From Minisyncoccota bacterium (GTDB taxonomy: Bacteria > Patescibacteriota > Minisyncoccia > Moranbacterales > GCA-2747515): a stretch of 64,000 nt of DNA. Both the position numbers and the translations under genes were made by a program. Location: NCBI GenBank assembly GCA_937936355.1, contig CALDDM010000002.1:93173-157172 (forward strand), given 5' to 3'. This document shows positions 25,252 through 33,825 of this stretch, piece after piece (the stretch's first letter is position 1; each line of letters begins with the position of its first letter). The notes under the pieces are model-generated. The model was not told the DNA's origin. It ran no database searches and saw only the letters and a program-made list of their open reading frames with translations.

Positions 25252-26508
25252 ATGAATTCTCCGTATACTAATGCCCTGGAGCAGCTTGATCGTGTTGCTT
25301 CGATCATGGAATTGAATAAACAAACGCATAAGCGATTACAGCTGCCTGAAAAGTTCCACGTCGTTTCTATTCCTGTTGTGATGGATGATGGAGAAGAGAG
25401 AATTTTTATAGGATATCGTAGTCAGTACAATAGTATCTTGGGCCTCTATAAGGGCGGTATTCGTTTTGCGAGTACGGTTGATAAGGATGAGGTGAAGGCT
25501 CTCTCTTTTTGGATGACAATTAAGACTGCTGCTGTTGGGTTGCCTTTGGGTGGTGGAAAGGGGGGTGTTATTGTTGATCCTCGAGGTATGAGCGAGGGTG
25601 AGTTAGAGCGTTTAAGTCGTGGTTGGGTGAAGGCACTTTTTGATGTGATTGGTCCGCGACAAGATGTGCCGGCACCTGATGTTGCTACTAATCCACGCAT
25701 CATGGGTTGGATGACTGACGAGTATTCCAGGATTGCTGGCGAAGCATCACCAGCAGCCTTTACGGGTAAGGATGTGAAAGATGGCGGTATTGTTGCACGC
25801 AGCACATCGACTGCACGTGGTGGATTTTATCTGCTCGAGAAAATTAGGAAGGATAGTGGTAAAGAGCCAGGGGAGATGCGTGTGGCTATCCAAGGGTTTG
25901 GCAATGCTGGTTCATTTTTTGCAAAAATTGCATATGATGCTGGGTATAAAATAATAGGTGTTTCTGATTCTCGTACCTCTGTGATGAGTCAGGGTGGCGC
26001 TGGATTTGATCCGTACGAAGTGCAGAAAATCAAGGAGGAGCAAGGTGCCTTGCAAAATGTGGATGTGCATGATGCGGATGGTGCTGCGTTGCGTGTTGGG
26101 CAACCTCTGGATGTTTTGGGTATGAAGTGTGATGTTTTGGTTCCAGCTGCTGTAGAGAATCAGATTACGCAGGATAATGTTGAGAATGTTGTTGCGCCTT
26201 TGGTTATCGAATTGGCAAATGGTCCAACTACACCAGAGGCTGATCGGATACTTTTTGAGCGAGGCACCTTGGTTGTGCCTGATGTCTTGGCAAATGCTGG
26301 TGGTGTTATTGTCTCCTACTATGAATGGTATCAAAATATTAATGATGAGCAGTGGACTGAGGATGAGGCCAATGAAAAGCTTCGCTTGCAGATTTCACAT
26401 GCTCACAGTTCGATTGAATCTATTGCGCAAGAGTATAAGTCTTCCCTGCGTGATGCTGCATATATTTTTGCATTGCGCGCGTTAGACGATGCGCTACGGA
26501 AGGGATGA
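25252..26508 (+). CDS. Glu/Leu/Phe/Val-family dehydrogenase, most like glutamate dehydrogenase
   Basis: ORF 25183..26508. YKGGIRF, PLGGGKGGV (catalytic Lys region), and Rossmann GFGNAGSF. ATG 25252 (MNSPYTNALEQL) avoids overlap with tal. Confidence 0.88.
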   Translation: MNSPYTNALEQLDRVASIMELNKQTHKRLQLPEKFHVVSIPVVMDDGEERIFIGYRSQYNSILGLYKGGIRFASTVDKDEVKALSFWMTIKTAAVGLPLGGGKGGVIVDPRGMSEGELERLSRGWVKALFDVIGPRQDVPAPDVATNPRIMGWMTDEYSRIAGEASPAAFTGKDVKDGGIVARSTSTARGGFYLLEKIRKDSGKEPGEMRVAIQGFGNAGSFFAKIAYDAGYKIIGVSDSRTSVMSQGGAGFDPYEVQKIKEEQGALQNVDVHDADGAALRVGQPLDVLGMKCDVLVPAAVENQITQDNVENVVAPLVIELANGPTTPEADRILFERGTLVVPDVLANAGGVIVSYYEWYQNINDEQWTEDEANEKLRLQISHAHSSIESIAQEYKSSLRDAAYIFALRALDDALRKG

Positions 26509-26672
26509 GATAATCAACTACCCCAATCCAAGTATGCGGGGTAAGACGCTGAACTTACGTGTAATGTCTTTGGTGGCAGAGCTGTGAGGTGCTTGATTTT
26601 CTATACCGCTTCATTTTGGAAATACAGATGACTTTGTCACGGTATTTCATTTGATTTGGATCACAAATAAAA

Positions 26673-26700
26673 AGGCCCCGCAACAAATGGGGCTTTTTTT
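26673..26700. terminator. bidirectional rho-independent terminator between gdh and yebC
   Basis: AAAAGGCCCCGCAACAAATGGGGCTTTTTTT. A GC stem (GCCCC/GGGGC) is flanked by an A-run and a T-run. Confidence 0.8.
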
Positions 26701-26711
26701 AGTTGAATCTC

Positions 26712-27428
26712 TTATTCTTGCTCGACATTCGTAAAGATGTCTTGGACGTCGTCGAGATCATCGAGGACTTCATGGAGGTTTTCAAAGGCTGCCTTTGTAT
26801 CCTGAGAGAGTAAGACGGTCTGGGATGGTTCATAAACGAGGAGTGCTTCTTTGATTGTGTAGCCACTGTCTGTAAGCGATGTTTGTGCTGTGTGAAAGTC
26901 TGCTACTTCTGTTGTTATGACGAGTATGTCTCCATCTTTTTTTACATCTATTGCTCCAGCGTCAATTGCTGTGAGCTCTGCTGCGTCAAAGTCTTTCGGT
27001 TCGATGATGATGATGCCGACGTGAGAGAAGTTGAAGCTTACGCTACCACTGGGGACGAATTTACCGCCATTTTTCTTGAGCGCTGTTTTTACTTCTGTGA
27101 TTGATCGATTGGTATTGTCTGTTGCGCAAACGATAATGAATGCAGATCCTTCGGGTCCCATTGCCTCGTAGATAACTTCTTCAATGCGGTTTGTGCCATC
27201 GCCACCCACAGCAGATTTGATGGCGCGATCGATGTTGTCCTTGGGCATATTTACCTTCCTCGCTCCCTCAATTGCCGTTTTTAATGCATAATTTGTTTCT
27301 GGGTCTCCGCCACCACTTTGTGCGGCTAAGATGATGAGTTTAGAGGCGCGTGAAAAGACTTGTGCACGCTTTGCATCTTGAGCGCCTTTGCGATGTTTGA
27401 TATTTGCCCATTTCGAATGACCTGCCAT
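26712..27428 (-). CDS. yebC: YebC/PmpR-family transcriptional regulator
   Basis: 238 aa with the hallmark N-terminus MAGHSKWANIKHRKGAQDAKRAQVF. Confidence 0.92.
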   Translation of the reverse strand: MAGHSKWANIKHRKGAQDAKRAQVFSRASKLIILAAQSGGGDPETNYALKTAIEGARKVNMPKDNIDRAIKSAVGGDGTNRIEEVIYEAMGPEGSAFIIVCATDNTNRSITEVKTALKKNGGKFVPSGSVSFNFSHVGIIIIEPKDFDAAELTAIDAGAIDVKKDGDILVITTEVADFHTAQTSLTDSGYTIKEALLVYEPSQTVLLSQDTKAAFENLHEVLDDLDDVQDIFTNVEQE

Positions 27429-27630
27429 TTTTTTGGATTATCTTGATATTGTATTGCTAGACTAGCATTTCGTACTATACTCGTAAAGAGGGGCTTTTTG
27501 GTTTTTATGTGAAATGATGATAAGGCGATGTGGTTGTTTCACTATAAGCGCTGACTATGCTGATTTACTTCCAATCTATCGTGTCGTTTAATGTGTTTAG
27601 ATTTGAGGATGCTTATATAAAATATATTTG

Positions 27631-28347
27631 ATGGCTAATTTTAATACGCACATTACGATCGCGGCGGCAGGTGCTGGTTTGGCTAGTACCGCCCTTTTTA
27701 AGGCTGGTTATGCCAGTGCGCCTGAAGCACTTGTCCTTACACTCGCTGGGACAATTGGAGGGATTTTGCCAGATGTTGATCTGAAGTATTCTTATCCGAG
27801 TAAGATTATTTTTTCGGTTTTGGGTACACTTATCGGCTTACTTGCTGTTTTTTCTGTGCAGCGTGATGTGAGTGTGGTGGAGTTGTGGGTTTTTGGCTTG
27901 CTTGTTTTTGCTGTGATTCGCTACCTCTTGTGGGGTGTGTTTCATAAATTGACGGTTCATAGAGGTGCTATTCATAGCGTGGCAGCTGGTGTCTTTTTTT
28001 CTCTTGCAACCATAAATCTCAGTTATCATATTCTTGGGCATGACGCAGCCTTTGCGTGGTTTTTGGGATTTTTCATTTTCTATGGCTTTTTGATTCACCT
28101 TATTCTTGACGAGCTCTATAGTGTTGATTTTATGAATCATCGCGTGAAGCGTTCATTTGGCACTGCTTTGAAAATTGTTGACTTGCGTAAGCTGCCCAAT
28201 AGCTGTCTCATAGTGGGACTTTCTGTTTTCCTGTGGTTTCTTGCGCCTGAGAGCGAAGCTTTTGTTGAGGCTCTACTTAATCCTACGAATCGTGATTTTT
28301 TTCGAGACGACTTTTTGCCGAGATTTGAGCAGGGATTTCTGTATTAA
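27631..28347 (+). CDS. YdjM/DUF457-like membrane-bound metal-dependent hydrolase
   Basis: ORF 27628..28347. Multi-TM with conserved-looking ILPDVDL and HRGAIHS motifs. Confidence 0.65.
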   Translation: MANFNTHITIAAAGAGLASTALFKAGYASAPEALVLTLAGTIGGILPDVDLKYSYPSKIIFSVLGTLIGLLAVFSVQRDVSVVELWVFGLLVFAVIRYLLWGVFHKLTVHRGAIHSVAAGVFFSLATINLSYHILGHDAAFAWFLGFFIFYGFLIHLILDELYSVDFMNHRVKRSFGTALKIVDLRKLPNSCLIVGLSVFLWFLAPESEAFVEALLNPTNRDFFRDDFLPRFEQGFLY

Positions 28348-28416
28348 TGTGGTAATTTGGAATACGAAGATGTCATCATTATTACTATACTCAGATTTGC
28401 TTGTTGATACTTTTAC

Positions 28417-28444
28417 TTGACAAAATTGTGAAAATATGTAAAAT
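28417..28444 (+). promoter_or_regulatory. near-consensus sigma70 promoter (unit 1 of the secreted-protein island)
   Basis: TTGACA 28417-28422, a 16-nt spacer, then TG-TAAAAT ending at 28444. It shares the extended pattern TTGACAAA...ATATGTAWAAT with the promoters at 29290 and 30621. Confidence 0.65.
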
Positions 28445-28522
28445 GCTTATAGCTACTCCGTCAGAGGGTGGCATGTTGTTTAATATTTTTCCCTAATGAT
28501 GAGCATAAGCTCGGAGTGATAA

Positions 28523-29230
28523 ATGAAAAGAACTATATTTACAGTTGCGGTAGGTGTGTTGATTGTGATGGGTTGTGAAGGGCAACAGCAATCACAACCC
28601 GCCACACCATCACAGGCTGAGAGACCCGTTTCACATGTGGGAGGGGTTTGTGACGCAGATGGAAATTGCGCTTCAGATTCGCAATTAGATACGAATAACT
28701 ACAGAAATTTATCTAATGAAGGTTTTCAGAATCAGCCATCAGTGCAATCACGGGGTGGTGGTTTCGCCTCGGCTCCTCGGATGCAAGAAATTGTAGCACC
28801 GCAGGGCGCTGACTACACACCACCTCAAAAACCTCGATCAAAAGGATTGTTGCGAGGCTTGAAAGAATCCGTTTCAAAAAATTTTGGCTTCCCTGAAGGT
28901 GAGACATGGCCTGAGCTTCGCAACAGGTTCATTACGCCTTCCTGCCAGAGAAAGGAGCATTATGGTGGGGGCTTTACTTACCATGGTCGATGTCAGGACT
29001 ATGTGGATGGTCAATTGCGTAAATGGCGTGACGAGATGGTCCTCGCTCATCGAGGTAAGCATCCTCAAAGAAAAACTATTACTGACGTGGATCGAGACTT
29101 CAAGAACGCTGCAAAGCAGCATATACAGAATTTAAGATGTGATGCTCAGAGTGATAAAGACTTCTGGGAAAATGGCATCAACGCAGGTTGTGGTGTAGGA
29201 TCACAACAAGGCGGCTTTAACGAAAAATAA
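28523..29230 (+). CDS. secreted lipoprotein-like, Cys/Gly/Gln-rich, unknown family
   Basis: 235 aa. Signal peptide with a lipobox-like LIVMGC. 9 Cys in the full 235-aa ORF (8 after the lipobox Cys). GGAG 6 nt upstream of the ATG. No motif I recognise. Confidence 0.6.
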   Translation: MKRTIFTVAVGVLIVMGCEGQQQSQPATPSQAERPVSHVGGVCDADGNCASDSQLDTNNYRNLSNEGFQNQPSVQSRGGGFASAPRMQEIVAPQGADYTPPQKPRSKGLLRGLKESVSKNFGFPEGETWPELRNRFITPSCQRKEHYGGGFTYHGRCQDYVDGQLRKWRDEMVLAHRGKHPQRKTITDVDRDFKNAAKQHIQNLRCDAQSDKDFWENGINAGCGVGSQQGGFNEK

Positions 29231-29245
29231 TTAGAAAACAGCCGG

Positions 29246-29273
29246 CGCCCTCGAGATTCTCGAGGGCGTTTTC
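29246..29273 (+). terminator. rho-independent terminator
   Basis: GCGCCCTCGAG-ATT-CTCGAGGGCG forms a 10-bp GC-rich stem, followed by TTTTC. Confidence 0.8.
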
Positions 29274-29289
29274 ATTTGGGTTTGGTATA

Positions 29290-29318
29290 TTGACAAAATA
29301 TATATTTTATGTAACAAT
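29290..29318 (+). promoter_or_regulatory. sigma70 promoter (unit 2)
   Basis: TTGACA 29290-29295, a 16-17 nt spacer, then TGTAACAAT. Confidence 0.55.
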
Positions 29319-29390
29319 CATCTCACAATCTACATATAAAAGGTAGATGGTATAGAGTTATTTTACATTTTATCCCAACGGAGATTTATC

Positions 29391-30101
29391 ATGAAGTTTC
29401 TGCACTTCCTCATTGCCGCTCTTGTTGTTGCACTTTTGTATCCGCTTATGAATTCAACTGTGACAACCTCAATAGATCACGGTAGTCGTATCGCTGAGAA
29501 TTTTGCTACGCAGGGGACGCAGTTCCTCGCAAGTGTACTTAATCTTGGCTGGGTTATATTGCTTTTTTTGCTTTTTTATAACCTTTTGCCGAGAGTACAA
29601 AATGTTCTTAAGTCCGCCTCTCCTGGTGGAAAAGCGCGGAATTCGAAGGTTCTTGAGCCCATTATGTATGTTCTGACTTGTGCGGCAATGCACTTTTTTG
29701 TTTTCATACCGTATTTTGAGAATTTCATCAGTCATTTTTCTGTTGATTCTCGATACAGAGCTTATGTCTATATTTTTACCCTTTTGATTACATCATACGT
29801 TGTCTATAAAGTTATTGACTGGATCCTTGATCACATTGGTGTGTCAATAGGCCTCGCGCTTCTTGCGGTTGGTGGGTATTTGCTTTATGGCTTTGGAGGG
29901 CTTCCCTCCGGTCTTGCAATACCCCCGGTAAGTGGTGTGAATTTTGACAGTATTTCCCAATTTTTGCGAAATGCCTCTCAGGGTCCATACTTCAAGTATG
30001 TGTTGATTGTGGTAGGTATTATAGCTTTGCTGTTTGTTTTACCTAAATTACTCAAAGGAAGGGGAGAAAGGATGTTAAGTAGATTACGACGGAATCGCTA
30101 A
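29391..30101 (+). CDS. polytopic membrane protein, unknown family
   Basis: 236 aa with about 6 hydrophobic helices and a basic C-terminal tail (KGRGERMLSRLRRNR). ACGGAG 7 nt upstream of the ATG. Confidence 0.55.
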   Translation: MKFLHFLIAALVVALLYPLMNSTVTTSIDHGSRIAENFATQGTQFLASVLNLGWVILLFLLFYNLLPRVQNVLKSASPGGKARNSKVLEPIMYVLTCAAMHFFVFIPYFENFISHFSVDSRYRAYVYIFTLLITSYVVYKVIDWILDHIGVSIGLALLAVGGYLLYGFGGLPSGLAIPPVSGVNFDSISQFLRNASQGPYFKYVLIVVGIIALLFVLPKLLKGRGERMLSRLRRNR

Positions 30102-30161
30102 AAGAATGAAAAGAAATTTTGCGAGATTGTCTATTCCTTCACTTGATTTTTGGAGAAAAAA

Positions 30162-30557
30162 ATGACGCACGTTATTGGCGTTCTACTAGTATTACTCTTT
30201 CCTGTGCTAACATTAAAATCATACAGCTTAGGTCGTGATCTGCATGCGGTGTATTTTGCAACAGCTTCTCTTATAGTGCTTGTGATGCTGATTATAGTTT
30301 TTACGGGTGCCAGACAGCTTACAGCGATGGATATGGGTAAGTTTCTGATGTCTATTATAATCACTCTTGGTGTTTTCGCTGGTGCCCTTTTTGTAGGTGT
30401 TTCTCAGTTACCGGCAGTGATCCTGGCAATGATTGCCCTTGTCGTTGTATCGATACGGACATTTACAACGACGCCACATCCCCCGAAAGAGGTGGGGGAA
30501 GATGAAGAACAAAAGTTACTTGAATATAAGCCATCAGATAATTTTATAGACAAGTAA
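30162..30557 (+). CDS. small 4-TM membrane protein with acidic tail, unknown family
   Basis: ORF 30150..30557. GGAG 6 nt upstream of ATG 30162. Confidence 0.5.
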   Translation: MTHVIGVLLVLLFPVLTLKSYSLGRDLHAVYFATASLIVLVMLIIVFTGARQLTAMDMGKFLMSIIITLGVFAGALFVGVSQLPAVILAMIALVVVSIRTFTTTPHPPKEVGEDEEQKLLEYKPSDNFIDK

Positions 30558-30572
30558 GAGAAAGATATGTGT

Positions 30573-30600
30573 GCCGCCTGAAATCAGGCGGCCATTTTCT
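30573..30600 (+). terminator. rho-independent terminator
   Basis: GCCGCCTG-AAAT-CAGGCGGC followed by CATTTTCT. Confidence 0.8.
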
Positions 30601-30620
30601 ATGCTTTTTTCAGTCTTGAC

Positions 30621-30648
30621 TTGACAAATATTAGAAAATATGTATAAT
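30621..30648 (+). promoter_or_regulatory. sigma70 promoter (unit 3)
   Basis: TTGACA 30621-30626 (preceded by a second overlapping TTGAC), a 16-nt spacer, then TATAAT 30643-30648. Confidence 0.7.
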
Positions 30649-30770
30649 TCTGATATCTAGAAAATTATAAGAAAACTAGATGTAGTTGTTTAATAATGTA
30701 GTAAAGTGATAGTGCACCATAGTGGTGCTTTTACCCCAAGAAACGAGTCTCCGGGCTCGGAGGTTAAAAA

Positions 30771-31100
30771 ATGAAAAGATATATAAGAAAGACGCTGATT
30801 TCACTGATTGTGATTGTAGGCATGACTGGCATTGCGCAAGCATCTTGTCCGAAAGGTTTTACGCAATCGCAATGTGATGCCGATAAAATGCCGGCATTTG
30901 GCGCGGGTGTAAATATAGATCGTGATGAGATCGCGCGAAGATGTGCGCACTGGCTACAAAAGATCCAGAATGCACCAGATCAGCGAGCTCGTCATTATTA
31001 TGAGATTTATCATGCTAGCTGCCAGCAAGCAGTTCTCGAAGAGCAGTTTAGTGCTGGCGGATGGACGATGGGCCAGCCGTACAATGGTCAAGGAAACTGA
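30771..31100 (+). CDS. small secreted 4-Cys protein, unknown family
   Basis: 109 aa. Signal peptide MKRYIRKTLISLIVIVGMTGIAQA|S. GGAGG 7 nt upstream of the ATG. Confidence 0.55.
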   Translation: MKRYIRKTLISLIVIVGMTGIAQASCPKGFTQSQCDADKMPAFGAGVNIDRDEIARRCAHWLQKIQNAPDQRARHYYEIYHASCQQAVLEEQFSAGGWTMGQPYNGQGN

Positions 31101-31101
31101 T

Positions 31102-31374
31102 ATGAAAAATAAATCAAAACAACCTCTTGATTGGTCTGAAGGCTTTAAATTTGCACTCAAAGAAACAACGAAGGCGGCGATTATTGTTGCAGTTTGCGTA
31201 GCTTTGGCACTTTTTTTGTTTTCTGATGTATTGCTCGCTAGTGAATATGGAAGTGGTCTTCCTGGTGAAGACATGCGAAATGCCATTCTCGGGAAAAATT
31301 GGCCTAAGTGGGTTCCAGGTCTCATGATCTTTGGTTTTATTTGCGCTGTTATACATGGTCTCTTTAGAAAGTAG
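31102..31374 (+). CDS. small 2-TM membrane protein, unknown family
   Basis: Internal ATG of ORF 30922..31374, 1 nt after the upstream stop (TGATATG). Product MKNKSKQPLDWSEGFKF... The N-terminal part of the track ORF overlaps the preceding gene out of frame, so it is rejected. Confidence 0.5.
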   Translation: MKNKSKQPLDWSEGFKFALKETTKAAIIVAVCVALALFLFSDVLLASEYGSGLPGEDMRNAILGKNWPKWVPGLMIFGFICAVIHGLFRK

Positions 31375-31422
31375 GCACCTGTATCTGATAGGCAATGATC
31401 AAATTTAAATGGGATTAAGAAA

Positions 31423-31806
31423 ATGAGAAAAATTCTTATCATTCTGGCGCTTTGTGTTGGCGTTATCTATGGTGAAAAAGGAGACGGTCCTGCTACGAGC
31501 TTTGCAGAAAGCGTGGTACCGACTGTGGAAAAATTACTTTTACCGATTGCGAGCTATCTCGGTCAAAAGAACTATACTGATCAGCGTGTAGCACAAGATG
31601 CTCGTTCACCTGTAACAGATTATCGTACTGCTCAGCAGTCGGGTAATGCAGGGTGGGGCTCTGTGCAACAAAGTACATTCTGTGAATGCATACGGATGTT
31701 TGTTGCGCAGAACAGTCATGTATACTCCTCTAAAACGGAGTTGCTTGATACAGCAGTTTCTTACTGCGAATATGACTTTGGGCCACGGACGGCCTGTCGA
31801 TTGTAA
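31423..31806 (+). CDS. small secreted Cys-containing protein, unknown family
   Basis: 127 aa. Signal peptide MRKILIILALCVGVIYG. 4 Cys in the C-terminal third. Confidence 0.5.
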   Translation: MRKILIILALCVGVIYGEKGDGPATSFAESVVPTVEKLLLPIASYLGQKNYTDQRVAQDARSPVTDYRTAQQSGNAGWGSVQQSTFCECIRMFVAQNSHVYSSKTELLDTAVSYCEYDFGPRTACRL

Positions 31807-31857
31807 GGATGCACTATTAGAAAAAGAATAATAAGATAGACAGAAAAGATTAAATTC

Positions 31858-31889
31858 GCAGCCAGTGATTCACTGGCTGCTTTCTTTTT
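31858..31889 (+). terminator. rho-independent terminator
   Basis: GCAGCCAGT-GATTC-ACTGGCTGC forms a 9-bp stem, followed by TTTCTTTTT. Confidence 0.85.
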
Positions 31890-31951
31890 GTTGCATTTAA
31901 CTTTATTCTCCGTGATACAATGGATAATTATAAGTCTTTCATGTGACAGCT

Positions 31952-33784
31952 ATGGAGAGGATGTTGCAGCCACTTCTAGACCGCGAGAATTTGACTACGC
32001 CAGCCCAGGAGGGTTTAGATGTTTCTGCACGGAAGAATTTGGCATTTTCTTTGGATCGATCAGGCACTGATCATTTCCCGCGTAAAAAAAATGAAGCTCG
32101 ACATGAGCATCGGACGTTGCTGTATGAAAAAGAGTGGCGTGCTGCTGAGGATTTGTGGTCACTCTATGAATACATAGAGAGTTTGCAGGATGAAAATCTC
32201 GAAGAGATTTCAATTGGTTTGCGTGGAAAGATTCTTGAAGCTCTGGAGGATCGAGATGTGCCGTTTATGCGGTGGCAGGAATATCGTGCTGTTCGTGGAT
32301 CATATAATGATGGAGAAAGTTCTCCAGAAGTGAGTCATCGGTACAAAGAATTACGAAAAGATCCTGATATTTGCTTTAAGGAGCATCTCGCTGGTTTTTA
32401 TGAGAATATAATGGGGAAAGCTGAGACTGTTGCGCGCATCAAAGCCTTGCCGTACGAGGAACAGGTTACGGAAATCGCAAAGATTATTGGTGAGGGTCTT
32501 TTTGAGTCAGGCTCAGGGGATCATGAAAAGAGATTGGCTTATGTGCGAGAGTTGATTTATTCTATGCCCAATAGAATTCTCATCGAATATTTTGACGTCG
32601 ACTATGAGGAGGGCATAGAAGAGGTCTTATCTGGAGATTGGGCGAATAATCATACTGTGCAAGAGCTGGTTTTTCAAGCGCTTGATATTCAGGATGTAGA
32701 TTTTTCTGGCGTCAATGTAGATGTGCAAGTGGGTAATTTGCCAAATAGGGCGCTTGGCATACAATTTTCAGAATCTCCCATAACGTTGTTGAAGGACTTA
32801 GATCAAGTGGAACGATCTTCTGAGGTTCGTCTGCATGAGCATTTACATAATTATTTGGAGTTTTTACAGATGGGGAGCCTGCCGTATGTAGAAAGATTTT
32901 TTTCCGCTGTAGAATTTGATGTTACAGATGAGTTGAGCGTGCTACGAGCACGTGATCATTGTATGGAGAAGCTGCGTGCTATAGTGCAGGATTTATCTGA
33001 AGAGTTTTTGGTACAAATGGGAGGTGACCCGCAGAAATTTATGCAGGCTTTGACTGTTTATGTCGAAGAATTTCTAGAGGTTTTGGAGTCTGATGTTGTG
33101 CGGCAGGACTTGACTGATGAAAAGCTGGTTGTCGCGCAGTTGGGTCTGGATCGAGAAAGGGCTGCAGAAGACATCAAAGGACAGTTAAAAGACACTTTTC
33201 AGTATTACGCTGATACGTTTTATGTCGCTCAGAAATGTGATGTTCTTGATGAGGTGTGTGGTCTGACAGTTATTCATCATGCTGGTAATCCTGAGCGGAT
33301 ATTTAAGGCATTGGCGCATGAGGTTGGTCGTAAAAAAGCACTTCTGTTGCGTCAGGTGCGCGCTCTTGAGAGTCCGGAATTCTTTGAGAATGATGGTGGC
33401 TTTGGTGAATTTGGCACAGGGTATGATTTCTCAGATCCTCGTAAATGGTTTCAGGACGAAGAGTTTCTCCAAGGTGTTGTAAGGGATGTGCAGGGGATTT
33501 CAGGAGAGGAGCGATCATTTTTTTCGCAGATAGAGATTGACCCTAATAGTGTGATCTCACGAGAGGTGATGCCAGAAATTACAATTGAGGATTTTGAGCG
33601 TACGCAGTCTGCAATGGATCAGCTGAAAAGTCTTGGTTTTATGCCGCAATTATACGAGTATGTCCATGAGCATTATGATGATTTGTTGCAGGAACAAGAA
33701 GGTCAGGAGGGTGTCTCCGAGCAATCTGCGCACTTATTAGATGACTTAGAAGATGGCTTAGAGCTTGGTACGCGGAAATACTAA
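31952..33784 (+). CDS. large acidic cytoplasmic protein with a single HExxH motif, unknown family
   Basis: ORF 31943..33784 (GTG 31943; ATG 31952 or 31961 are possible starts). No signal peptide or TM. Strongly acidic. Motif RLHEHLHNYLEF at about aa 295-306. Extended -10 TGATACAAT at 31913-31921. Confidence 0.5.
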   Translation: MERMLQPLLDRENLTTPAQEGLDVSARKNLAFSLDRSGTDHFPRKKNEARHEHRTLLYEKEWRAAEDLWSLYEYIESLQDENLEEISIGLRGKILEALEDRDVPFMRWQEYRAVRGSYNDGESSPEVSHRYKELRKDPDICFKEHLAGFYENIMGKAETVARIKALPYEEQVTEIAKIIGEGLFESGSGDHEKRLAYVRELIYSMPNRILIEYFDVDYEEGIEEVLSGDWANNHTVQELVFQALDIQDVDFSGVNVDVQVGNLPNRALGIQFSESPITLLKDLDQVERSSEVRLHEHLHNYLEFLQMGSLPYVERFFSAVEFDVTDELSVLRARDHCMEKLRAIVQDLSEEFLVQMGGDPQKFMQALTVYVEEFLEVLESDVVRQDLTDEKLVVAQLGLDRERAAEDIKGQLKDTFQYYADTFYVAQKCDVLDEVCGLTVIHHAGNPERIFKALAHEVGRKKALLLRQVRALESPEFFENDGGFGEFGTGYDFSDPRKWFQDEEFLQGVVRDVQGISGEERSFFSQIEIDPNSVISREVMPEITIEDFERTQSAMDQLKSLGFMPQLYEYVHEHYDDLLQEQEGQEGVSEQSAHLLDDLEDGLELGTRKY

Positions 33785-33789
33785 CCGTA

Positions 33790-33822
33790 GCGCGGTAGGT
33801 TCTGCTTGATAATGGACCGCGC
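33790..33822. terminator. hairpin between convergent genes (putative bidirectional terminator)
   Basis: GCGCGGT-N19-ACCGCGC forms a 7-bp GC stem, followed by ATTTTAT. It fills the 41-nt gap between the two stop codons. Confidence 0.45.
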
Positions 33823-33825
33823 ATT

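Noticed and set aside
30954-31442. 162-aa minus-strand ORF spanning three plus-strand mini-genes
   Set aside because: It is antisense to three genes that have signal peptides, SDs and tight stop-start coupling. It has no promoter or SD of its own, so it is a shadow ORF.
28523-31806. Possibility that the small secreted proteins are type IV pilins serving the tandem PilB-like ATPase
   Set aside because: None has a class III signal peptide (short basic leader, then G followed by F/M-T-L-I/L-E). Their N-termini look like ordinary Sec or lipoprotein signals.
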